DNA of 37,481 bases. Origin: Limisphaerales bacterium (lineage in GTDB: Bacteria; Verrucomicrobiota; Verrucomicrobiia; Limisphaerales; SIBE01). The translations under genes and the position numbers were made by a program. A model generated the notes under the pieces. The model searched no databases and was not told the DNA's origin. It saw only the letters and a list, made by a program, of their open reading frames with translations. This document shows positions 8,982 to 17,890 of the stretch, piece by piece (position 1 is the stretch's first letter; every line of letters starts with the position of its first letter). The stretch covers positions 1 through 37,481 of the forward strand of contig JBGAIN010000082.1 of assembly GCA_044225505.1 (NCBI GenBank), given 5' to 3'.

Positions 8982-9788
8982 ATGGTAATCAATACTAATA
9001 CCTCCGCAATTAGCAGCGCTCGCCTCCTGTCTGAATCCTCTTCGATGCTCTCGAAGTCGTTAGCTCGATTGTCCTCTGGCTCGAAGATTACGAGCCCGGC
9101 CGACGACGCAGCAGGGTTGGCAGTGTCAATGAAATTCGACGCCCAAATCAACCGAATCGGCGCCGCCACCAACAACGTCGGCAACGCCATCTCGTTTAAC
9201 CAAACGCAGGACGGATTCCTGCAAAAGGTGGGTAAAGCGTTGAATCGTATGAGTGAACTGTCGATGCTTTCGCAAGACGTCACCAAGACCGACACCGACC
9301 GAGCGCTCTACAACAAAGAATTCGGACAACTCCAGACTTATATCACGGACCTGGGCACGAAAGACTTCAACGGGGTCAGTCTTTTCAGCAGCACAGCCCT
9401 CTCGGTCACAGTCGATTCGGACGGAAAGACCTTTACCAACACCGCTGTGAACATGGCGCATGCGGACTACACCGGCGTTACTTCCGGCGTCTCCGTGAGC
9501 AGCTCGGCCAACGCCGTCACAGCGTTGGGTAAGGTCAAGACAGCGATCACCCGCCTCGCGGAAGATCGCGCCACTATCGGTGGTAACATGTCCGTGCTGC
9601 AATCCTACAGCGACCAATTAGGAGTCTTGAAGGACAACCTATCGGCCGCCAACAGCCGCATCAAGGATGTCGATGTCGCCGACGAAAGCACTCAGTACGC
9701 ACGTTACAACATCCTCGTCCAAGCGGGCACGGCAATGCTTGCACAAGCCAACACGAGCCCTCAATCGGCCCTCCGCCTGTTGAGCTAA
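8982..9788 (+). CDS. fliC: Flagellin (minimal, D0/D1 only)
   Basis: MVINTNTSA...RLSSGSKITSPADDAAGLAVS and NLSAANSRIKDVDVADE...QAGTAMLAQAN; 268 aa. Confidence 0.97.
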   Translation: MVINTNTSAISSARLLSESSSMLSKSLARLSSGSKITSPADDAAGLAVSMKFDAQINRIGAATNNVGNAISFNQTQDGFLQKVGKALNRMSELSMLSQDVTKTDTDRALYNKEFGQLQTYITDLGTKDFNGVSLFSSTALSVTVDSDGKTFTNTAVNMAHADYTGVTSGVSVSSSANAVTALGKVKTAITRLAEDRATIGGNMSVLQSYSDQLGVLKDNLSAANSRIKDVDVADESTQYARYNILVQAGTAMLAQANTSPQSALRLLS

Positions 9789-9812
9789 TCCTCGCGTTGA
9801 CTTTGCAGTCAC

Positions 9813-9849
9813 CCTCGGCCAGCCAACCGCTGGCCGAGGTTCTGTTTTT
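9813..9849 (+). terminator. Rho-independent terminator after flagellin
   Basis: 11-bp stem CCTCGGCCAGC-caacc-GCTGGCCGAGG followed by TTCTGTTTTT. Confidence 0.85.
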
Positions 9850-9866
9850 CGGTCGGATATCCTCGC

Positions 9867-10330
9867 CTATTCGACTCGCAAGCGATAGAAACTATCTTGC
9901 GACGGGTTGAATAGATCGGAAAACACCTTCACCTCGCCATCGCCAGTCATCGTCTCCAAAGTCGTCCATAACCGCTGCTCGACTCCTTTGGCACGCTCAA
10001 TCGCGTATTTCTTCCCTTTTGCCGTCGCCGGAAGGGTAAAACTAAAGCCCTGCGCATCACGGATAGCGTTGACAATCACGTCGGAAAGACCTCCCGCTTC
10101 ACCATGGAGCGCCGCGAGCGTGCTTTTCTGAACTCCGTTCAAACTGTCAAAGACGCCAGCGACGAAAATCCGATCAGGCCAGTCTCCAGCCAACGCTGTG
10201 ACTCCTCCCGGTTCCGCCGCCGGATGGCTCCAACCGACCGTCCGGCTGAATGGCAAATCGATCCACCCGCCCTAGCGCTGGAGGATCAAACGTTGCGTCC
10301 ACACCCCCTGGCAATGCCGATAAGCCACCC
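9867..10330 (-). pseudogene. Remnant of a secreted delta-60-repeat (beta-propeller) protein with an intact C-terminal '...FYRL' module
   Basis: One frame reads GGVDATFDPPALGRVDRFAIQPDGRL (delta-60-like). Another continues GGVTALAG...RIFVAGVFDSLNG...KYAIERA...W...FYRLRVE*. There is no credible start. Confidence 0.6.
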
Positions 10331-10663
10331 AAATCGACTGCCTGCAACGCACGGTAGCGATTTGCGAGTGCAAACAGGAACAAGAATACTGAAACAGAGA
10401 TCCATCTTGAAACGGGTCCCACTCTTGAAGCACCGACACTGCGCGAGGCCTGAGTTTCGCAGAAAGATTGAAGAGTAACCACACCATCACTTTCGCGGAA
10501 TCGTCCAAATCCAGCAAGGGCCGATCAAGGGTGGACTATCCCACGAGTCAGCCACCGGTCTTTGCTCGGGGCCGAAGAGAGGTTCCCACTATGGAGGCAA
10601 GCGCAAACCATCGAAGGTTTGGCGCTCTTGAAGGCGCCGCGAGCGGTTTTCGGTCCAAGCGAA

Positions 10664-11092
10664 CTACACCGCTTCGCGCGATTCGCTTGTCAAAGGCCGA
10701 CCGATTTCCCAATGATGCCCATAGGGATCCACCACTCGGCCTAGCCGCCATCCATACTGTTCATTGACGGCCCAAACCTCGGTCGCCCCGGCCCTGATCG
10801 CTCGCGCAAAAACCGCGTCCGGATCGGCCACCGTCATTACGATTCGCACCGTCCCACCCCCCAGCGTCTTCGGACTGAAATTGCCATGTTCCGGAGATTC
10901 ATCCGCAACCCAAAACTCCGCGCCGTCAACGCCCAACTTGGCTACCACCGAACCGCCATCAGCTACGACCCGGAAGAGTTCCACTGCTTGGAAGGCAGAT
11001 TTATAGAACTCGACGGCCTTTTCACCATTTCGAACTGAGAGTAACGGAGCAATGCCGGTCTTCAGTGGCGCGGAGTCAGGAAGCTGGCACAT
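10664..11092 (-). CDS. VOC/glyoxalase (PhnB-like) family protein
   Basis: AVEFYKSAFQA, DPDAVFARAIRAGA, YGWRLGRVVDPYGHHWEI. Probable start is the ATG at 11092 (track start 11155). Confidence 0.88.
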   Translation of the reverse strand: MCQLPDSAPLKTGIAPLLSVRNGEKAVEFYKSAFQAVELFRVVADGGSVVAKLGVDGAEFWVADESPEHGNFSPKTLGGGTVRIVMTVADPDAVFARAIRAGATEVWAVNEQYGWRLGRVVDPYGHHWEIGRPLTSESREAV

Positions 11093-11388
11093 GCCATAAG
11101 CTTGGTCAAAATCGGTTCTTCGCGCAACGCCGTTCATTGGCAAGCTGGACCTCAATCAAGACTCTAGGCGTTGGAATACATGAACGGTCAATCGGGAGTT
11201 GGTTCGGCTCCTCGGAATGTTGCTTCCACTTCTGCCTCTCGTGTTGGTTGAACTCGGCATCTAAGCGAGGGTTCTACCGCATTGTTCCCGCCCGGCCGAT
11301 TGCGAGTCCCTAGCGCCCTCCGTGGCTCACAAAAGCCGCTCGCAGCACGCGATTGAGACCACACCAGGCAGTCTAATCCGCACACGCT

Positions 11389-13116
11389 TCACTCTTTCTG
11401 GCGCCAGTCGGGCATCCCCTCCTGCAGGACGTGAGTCACGATGCGTGGATGGAATAATTCCGGATTAAACTGGCCCCGCCAGTTGACCATCTCCTGGTGA
11501 CGCTCGTCGCTCGGATCAGCCATGGCTTTGAGATAATCGGCATACCCATAAACTCCACCGACATCCTCGGGAGGGCAAGCGCGCGCGCCTTCTAGACATT
11601 GAGGATACGTGAGATCCGGGTGCGGGCTTGGCGATCCCTCGAATTGCACATCGTGCACCCAACCATCGCCAAAATCGTAGCGATATTCAAACGAGAGTGG
11701 TGAACCATCCGACGGCAGAACCGCACTCATGAGAGTTGTCGTGGAATCTAAACCGCTAAACGGATCGATGTCATCGTCAAGTAATTCCGGATCCCCACAA
11801 CGCCGTCCCTGAATGATGAATTCATGCAGGTGGGAGTTGGTCCATCCCATCGCTATCTGGAGATGTTCATGAAGCCGATCGAGCGTATGGTCGAGAACCT
11901 GGATACGCCGCCAGATGCCGGGTTCTATCCCGCGGAGTGTGATCTTGAACTGGAACAAACGTCGCGTCGTTGAGGTGGCGATCCGCTCATGGACCGCCGC
12001 AACCTCGCGATCGGCTGGAACATATGGAATCAATCCTTGCTCAAGCGCAGACCGTTGCATCGCGACGGATTGATCGCGGATGTCGATGATCGACCCGTTC
12101 TCCACCTGTAACATCCAAATCGACGAAACGCTTTCCCAGCGGCTGGGAAGCATCCACTTGAAGTCAAATGGACGGATCCTAAGAAGCTGGCGAATTGCCT
12201 TCGATTTGTCTCGTCCGGCGTTCACTCGAACGCCAAAGGCCCGATCGATCGCAGGCCATCGCATGTGTGGCAGTTGCGAAGGATCGTCGAGCAAGTTCAC
12301 CCACCCGATCGTACAAACGACGCCACATGCCCAAGTCTTAGCCTGCCCGCGCAGGAGTGGCGAAGGCCGCTCGGCCGCGAGCGTTTCGGCTAGCTTCCGG
12401 CACAACACCAAGTACTCCTCATTGAGCCGCTGTTGGCAAAACGCGTCCGTCAAGCGGATGACCTGCTTCAAGACTTTGCGCGGGTTGGCAATCTCACCTC
12501 TGGATGAGCGGGACGGTTTGGATTTGTTTGCTTTGGGGCGCGTGTCCGCCACGTCCAGGGGCTCCTGGGACAACGCCGTCACGACGCTCTTCGCCGCCTT
12601 GGCGGCTCGGAGCTGCTCCTCAAAACCGCGGCGCGCGCCTGTGCCAAATGTGGCGCTGATCGTAGCGACGATGCCGTTGTAAACGATCTTGCCACGAAAC
12701 GGCAGGAGCACCATCTCGACCATGGCTGGCAATGAACGCCCGATCACCCGTGGAATCGGATCGATCAGTCCCGTCACGGCATAAACCGCCCGTGAGCCAT
12801 CGCAGGCAAGCAGAATCATGTGCTTGCGCAATTGGCGCAGCGCGATGAACCGTCCAGCGACCCGATGCCGCCAGGATTTGACGATCTCCAATTCTGCCTC
12901 CGAAAAGCGCGCCGGGTTCTGGGCGACAAAGGCATCGAGCAAATCCATCCGTTCCAGAAATCCTTGGACCACTTTAACCCGTTGCTCCGGACGCAGCGTG
13001 TCATATTCCACAGGAACCCCACGTGGCCCGATCACCCCGAGCTTATCGTTGACGAACTGCATTAAGGCGCAGTGCAACCGGGAAACCAGTTGAGCGTCTT
13101 CCTTAGAGAGCAACAT
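11389..13116 (-). CDS. Three-domain protein: unknown N-domain + DUF6398-like + plasmid pRiA4b ORF-3 family domain
   Basis: Middle region LTDAFCQQRLNEEY...RPSPLLRGQAKTWACG; C-terminal FQFKITL..IEPGIWRRIQV...GWTNSHLHEF...YDFGDGW...CPPEDVGG. Confidence 0.8.
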   Translation of the reverse strand: MLLSKEDAQLVSRLHCALMQFVNDKLGVIGPRGVPVEYDTLRPEQRVKVVQGFLERMDLLDAFVAQNPARFSEAELEIVKSWRHRVAGRFIALRQLRKHMILLACDGSRAVYAVTGLIDPIPRVIGRSLPAMVEMVLLPFRGKIVYNGIVATISATFGTGARRGFEEQLRAAKAAKSVVTALSQEPLDVADTRPKANKSKPSRSSRGEIANPRKVLKQVIRLTDAFCQQRLNEEYLVLCRKLAETLAAERPSPLLRGQAKTWACGVVCTIGWVNLLDDPSQLPHMRWPAIDRAFGVRVNAGRDKSKAIRQLLRIRPFDFKWMLPSRWESVSSIWMLQVENGSIIDIRDQSVAMQRSALEQGLIPYVPADREVAAVHERIATSTTRRLFQFKITLRGIEPGIWRRIQVLDHTLDRLHEHLQIAMGWTNSHLHEFIIQGRRCGDPELLDDDIDPFSGLDSTTTLMSAVLPSDGSPLSFEYRYDFGDGWVHDVQFEGSPSPHPDLTYPQCLEGARACPPEDVGGVYGYADYLKAMADPSDERHQEMVNWRGQFNPELFHPRIVTHVLQEGMPDWRQKE

Positions 13117-13435
13117 ACTGAAGATTCCATACGCGACCTTGCGTGACAGTCAAATAAGCATTCCGCAAACGTTTCAGAGAAACAGGCGCACCGGAAGCAT
13201 CTGAGGCTGAGGCCCGACTTGAGCGATGGGTGCGCTCCCGAAATCGGCGAGCGTTGCGAGCGAGCGTTTTGCAAAGTATCCCCGCTTTGGTGATAGCGCT
13301 TACGACTTTCGCGTTCCTTTAGGCAGGACACTTGAGTCTGAAACCTGAAACAATTCATCCACGCGGCTGATGGTGGCGCTCATGGCAACTCGAATTGCGT
13401 TGAATTTGGAATCAAAACATCATTGAAATGGAGGG

Positions 13436-14407
13436 ATGCGAGTCTCAAGGTGGATTCAGACCCTGTCTCTAACAGTCGTGGCCGCGGCTTCCGATTATCC
13501 CACAGCCCTGGAAGGTGCAACGGTCTACCAAGCGACTGGGTCGAGAGAAGACGTTCAGCCTACGGTTGACCGATTCAAGCGGGACATCGTCTACGGTGTC
13601 GGTAGCAATCCAAACTCGCTAGGTGATGCCATCGCAGGGTTCCGAGTAGCAACCTTCGACGATCTAGTCCAGCGAAGCACCACCACTCAAGGTTTTGCGG
13701 CGGGAGATTCACATGACATCCTTTTTCAAGGCCCTGGACAGGGCCCTCTCCCGTTCTTTGGCGGCGCATTGATAAGCGCCAATTCCAATGACTCGGACAA
13801 TCCCAACCGCCTCTTCGGCGATATTCATCCGGACTACCCTACCCAATTCCAACCGTTCAGCTCGCCCGCTATTCTGGCTCAGCAGGGATTCGAACTCTCG
13901 TTCGCGCTCCGAGACTGTTGCGACACCTTTCCACTGACGGCGTTTGGAGCCATGTTTCTTGACGTTGATTCGCCGACGTCCTCGACGATCGTATTTGATA
14001 CCGCGAATTCTGGCCGTTCGGAATATGCTGTCCCTGCGGCGCCGGGGAATGGACAGTTTTCCTTTCTCGGGGTGATCCTGGCCCCGGCAGAAATGGGAAT
14101 GAATCTCGTCACTTGCAATCTTCCGCTGTTGCGGGCTGAGGGAGAGGACGCTTTACACGACATGGTTGCAGTCGATGATGTCATCCTTGGTGCCGTTGGG
14201 GTTCCTGAACCAAGCTCCTGGGTTCTCGGCATGATCGGCGCGGGACTTTTCATCGCCTGGCGTTGGTTGCGCAAACCGCAATCGACCTGCAGCAAGCGCT
14301 CGTTGAGAAGCTTGACCGAGCTTGAAAACGTTACCGCAGGACGGAAAACGGCTCAACCAACGGCTCTTAGCATGAGCTTGATTTGGGGAGAGCACCGGGC
14401 TGGTTAA
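13436..14407 (+). CDS. PEP-CTERM sorting domain protein
   Basis: GGAGG RBS, signal-peptide-like N-terminus and VPEPSSWVLGMIGAGLFIAWRWLRK. Confidence 0.85.
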   Translation: MRVSRWIQTLSLTVVAAASDYPTALEGATVYQATGSREDVQPTVDRFKRDIVYGVGSNPNSLGDAIAGFRVATFDDLVQRSTTTQGFAAGDSHDILFQGPGQGPLPFFGGALISANSNDSDNPNRLFGDIHPDYPTQFQPFSSPAILAQQGFELSFALRDCCDTFPLTAFGAMFLDVDSPTSSTIVFDTANSGRSEYAVPAAPGNGQFSFLGVILAPAEMGMNLVTCNLPLLRAEGEDALHDMVAVDDVILGAVGVPEPSSWVLGMIGAGLFIAWRWLRKPQSTCSKRSLRSLTELENVTAGRKTAQPTALSMSLIWGEHRAG

Positions 14408-14417
14408 GATAACGACG

Positions 14418-15395
14418 TTACTCCGGCGATTTGACCTTTTGCCGGCGCTCTTTCAGCTCACGCCAACTCGTCAGGAGGATCCCCCGCTCACGGATGAATT
14501 GTTTGATTCGCGGATCCTTGAGCGTTTCCAGGTCAGCACGCCGCGCTTCGCTCGACCCAGTGATCAGCGGAAACTCCTCGGTCGGTTTCGACGCATGGAA
14601 AAGAATCTCGGTCACGCCCGGCTTGAGCTCACCCAGCAATTCGCGGAGGCGCTCGACTTTGTCGCCTTTTCTGCTGGTGAAATCGGTCACCAGATCATCG
14701 AGAACGGGCAAACCCGCGTTCCACGCTCGATCCACCCAGCCCTGCAGAGCCAAAGCCGCTTCGCGTTCGTCAGCGGCGAGATGTGGAGCATGTGGACTCA
14801 TCATTAGAATGGGTATCCCCTTCTCTATTCCCAGTTTGGCGAACCGCTCAAAATAGTCTGGCCGCGCAAACAACGTTCCCATGTGCGAATCCAGATGCGT
14901 GATTGGGATCTTCAAACCTTCCGCCCGTTCGACTTGAGCCCGGATCTCACGGTCGACCTCGTCCGCCGTCGCTTTTTGCGCAACTTCACTCACCGACGGC
15001 CATAAGCAGCCTTCCTGGTCCACGAGCCCGGGGACAGCGGACTTTCCGGCCACTGGCCCCCACCGGTAGCGGGTCCACTCCGACGTAAGGGTGAGATGCA
15101 ACCCGGCATCCGTCTGCGGGTGTGCTTGAAGGTGGTGAGCCATTTCCGATACCCAAGAGCACGGCATCATCACCGCGCACGAGGTCGCAACTCCCTGCTC
15201 GATCGCTTCAATGGCACCCAAGTTGGAAGAGTGCGACATCCCCGCATCATCGACGTGCAGAATCACGACGACATCGTTCCGATTCCAACCCAGTCGCTCC
15301 GCGTAAGTTTGGCTGCTCACCCGCTGAACCCCAAAACAACACCAGGCAGCGACAACTCCAGCCGCGACAGGGTAACGGACGAACTGCTTGATCAT
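14418..15395 (-). CDS. YdjC/ChbG-family carbohydrate deacetylase, exported
   Basis: ILHVDDAGM, GLHLTL, THLDSHMG, GVTEILFH; signal peptide. Confidence 0.9.
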   Translation of the reverse strand: MIKQFVRYPVAAGVVAAWCCFGVQRVSSQTYAERLGWNRNDVVVILHVDDAGMSHSSNLGAIEAIEQGVATSCAVMMPCSWVSEMAHHLQAHPQTDAGLHLTLTSEWTRYRWGPVAGKSAVPGLVDQEGCLWPSVSEVAQKATADEVDREIRAQVERAEGLKIPITHLDSHMGTLFARPDYFERFAKLGIEKGIPILMMSPHAPHLAADEREAALALQGWVDRAWNAGLPVLDDLVTDFTSRKGDKVERLRELLGELKPGVTEILFHASKPTEEFPLITGSSEARRADLETLKDPRIKQFIRERGILLTSWRELKERRQKVKSPE

Positions 15396-15484
15396 GGTTC
15401 GTCCAAACTACTCGGCGCGGCCGGAAATTGCCACACTATCCTAAGGCCGCTTTACTTGATGTTCTCTCAGGACATTCGCGTTCA

Positions 15485-17575
15485 CTACGGCCGCGGACCG
15501 GGCCCACCGAACGCCGGCATGAAATCGCGGTTCATCCCCCGTCGCAATTGTTCTTCAGTCAAAACCCCAGCATGCTCGGAGTCCCAGCGGCTGAACCATT
15601 TTTCAAACCCATCGACAAATTCCGCCCGCGTGATCGCCTGGTCTTTGTCGGCATCCAACGCCGTCATGAACATATCACCGACAAAATTGGCCGGTCCAAA
15701 GCCGCCGCCCTCGCCTGGACCCCCGCGTCCGGGACGGGGCCCGCCAAAACCGAATTCCTCCAAGACCTCGCCTTTTGATTTACCGGACAGTTGGTCGCTG
15801 ACCGACTTAGCTCGTGCCGTCACGAATCCTTTGATCGGCTTCACCGGTGGAAACGACCCGCCTCCAAATCGTGGTCCACCTCGCCCCGGAGGGCCGAATC
15901 CGGCCGGTTCAATGGGCTGTCCCGCGACGGCTTTGTTAAATCGTTCCAGCTTCTCCGCGGATTCGTCCTGCACCGCAGGGCGTAACACTTTCGCCAAAGC
16001 GTCGACTTGTTCGGCAAACCGTTCGGGCTTGAATAACTCGCCGTTGAAGGCCTCGAGATGAGAGCGGTACAAGTTGCGAAACGCCTCAACCTGAAAAACG
16101 CGTTCGAGAAGTCGATTGTTTCCCTGCCATGGATGCCAAAGACTGAGTTGCTCTCGCTCAACTTGACTCCCACGCATCGGGAACTGACCAAAAGAGTGAT
16201 CCAGGTCCCAAGGAAGGAATTTGAGCTTGGACGGGTCTGTCGCCAGATAGACATAAAAGTTTTGCCCTAAGCTCAAGATGCTATCGAGTGTCGAGAGCCA
16301 AACCGTCACGCTCATAAACCGGGCAAACTCGTCCAGATCGAGGTAATCGCCAATTTCAGCGGCAAATCGGGCATCATCCGCATGCGCCAGCAACTTGCAA
16401 AAGTTGATAATCCGCTGCTGCTGCGCCGGGGTCAGATCCGATTTAGGATCGTAGGTTTGCTTGTACTTGGCCCAGTCATCCCCCAGGTCCGCAAACAATT
16501 CCGCCGCAACGGGCTTAAGAATCGCCCCCTTTCGTGTGCCAAACCGGTCTTGGGCGAACTCGGTGTCGATATCTTCCACCAGCGAATACAGCCCAAAATA
16601 CTCCCGGTCATATTTGCCTGGCACAGTCACGGACACCCGGGCGTACGTGGTTCTTGGTGCCGGAACGCCAGCGTCACGAAAAAGCTTATGGGAAAGCACC
16701 TCATTCATCCAACTGGCGTCCGTGACGTTGTTGTGCAGGTTTAACGTGGATATTCCGCCCAGCTTTTGTCCTTTGTGATAGCGATTGAGGTCCACCTTCA
16801 ACGAGCGCTTGAATGACCCCCGGGACTGCATGAATGTCCCATTGCCTTTGTAACGAACTGCCACGTCCTTGAGCCAGTGTCCATCAAACTCAAGGTCAGC
16901 ATGGACATACTCAAATTCAATCCCTGCCGCCGACGCCAACCCGTTCCGCTTGCCCTCGGCTCCCTGCAAATTCATGCCGAACCCGCGGCGTCCTGGACCG
17001 GCACTGATCCCCGGGCCAGGCCCCCGCCCCGCAGGACCGCCCGTGAGTGCCGTGTTCAGACCCGCCCGCAATTGATCAGCGTTCACGCGGCCCGCCGACG
17101 TTTTATCCCATTCTGCAAACCATCGCTCCGCCAGGGCATGAAACTCCTCGTGCGAGACCTTTTGATCCGCGTCTCGATCCGCTTGACTCAGAAATGCCGG
17201 CGCGAGGAACATTCCCGGGCCAAACCCTCCGCCCCCTGGCCCACCACGCTCCCCAGGTCCACCGCGGTTGCCCGACCGAGGGGCGTTATCGCCTGGTCCA
17301 GGCCCGCCGAAGGGGCCAAATCCCTCCTGTTTGGGCTCCAGTGCCTGCCACTGTTCCGGAGTAAACTGGAGATGGACATTCCAAACGTTGGTCAGATTAA
17401 ACAAGGCGCCCGCCGAGAGAGCAGAGTCGTGCGGGTGGGTGGTCTTGGACTGTTTGGCGCTCGCGGCCTGGTTCAGGAAAAGCGCCGCCAGCATGATGAT
17501 TCCCAGGATCCGGCCAGCCCCACGTCGATAGCGGGCGATCGGAACAGTGATGTGGAGGCAAGGTAACGATGACAT
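15485..17575 (-). CDS. CotH-kinase family protein with two EF-hand-like modules and Gly/Pro-rich linkers
   Basis: VAVRYKGN, KRSLKVDLN, AGVPAPRT, GLYSLVE, NFYVY, PWDLDHSFG. Likely start is the ATG at 17575 before a signal peptide (track start 17755). Confidence 0.88.
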   Translation of the reverse strand: MSSLPCLHITVPIARYRRGAGRILGIIMLAALFLNQAASAKQSKTTHPHDSALSAGALFNLTNVWNVHLQFTPEQWQALEPKQEGFGPFGGPGPGDNAPRSGNRGGPGERGGPGGGGFGPGMFLAPAFLSQADRDADQKVSHEEFHALAERWFAEWDKTSAGRVNADQLRAGLNTALTGGPAGRGPGPGISAGPGRRGFGMNLQGAEGKRNGLASAAGIEFEYVHADLEFDGHWLKDVAVRYKGNGTFMQSRGSFKRSLKVDLNRYHKGQKLGGISTLNLHNNVTDASWMNEVLSHKLFRDAGVPAPRTTYARVSVTVPGKYDREYFGLYSLVEDIDTEFAQDRFGTRKGAILKPVAAELFADLGDDWAKYKQTYDPKSDLTPAQQQRIINFCKLLAHADDARFAAEIGDYLDLDEFARFMSVTVWLSTLDSILSLGQNFYVYLATDPSKLKFLPWDLDHSFGQFPMRGSQVEREQLSLWHPWQGNNRLLERVFQVEAFRNLYRSHLEAFNGELFKPERFAEQVDALAKVLRPAVQDESAEKLERFNKAVAGQPIEPAGFGPPGRGGPRFGGGSFPPVKPIKGFVTARAKSVSDQLSGKSKGEVLEEFGFGGPRPGRGGPGEGGGFGPANFVGDMFMTALDADKDQAITRAEFVDGFEKWFSRWDSEHAGVLTEEQLRRGMNRDFMPAFGGPGPRP

Positions 17576-17890
17576 ATCTGCGACAAGTTGGTTACGGGAC
17601 GGTGACGACCCGAGGAGACTAAGGCTTCGGCGCCGTTTGGCAATGTTGAAAGGCCAGAAGGATACGTGAGGCGCGTGCAAAGCTCGAGCTTCCACGTGCC
17701 GGGCGTCTGGAATCCCGCAAGAAAGCCGTTGCCAACTGCCTCCAGACCGTAGCAAAGCAGGCTACCACTGCATCCGTTGAACAAAAACTTCTTGAGGATT
17801 CTCGCGACGTTTTCGTTTCCATCGTTGGTGGCAGATGTTACTGTTGTTCCAACAATTGGCGGGTAATTCAGCAAGCGGCGGCAGCACACA

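Noticed and set aside
13383..13399. Possible sigma54 promoter TGGCAACTCGAATTGCG before the PEP-CTERM gene
   Set aside because: The spacing is GG-N11-GC, one base off the strict requirement.
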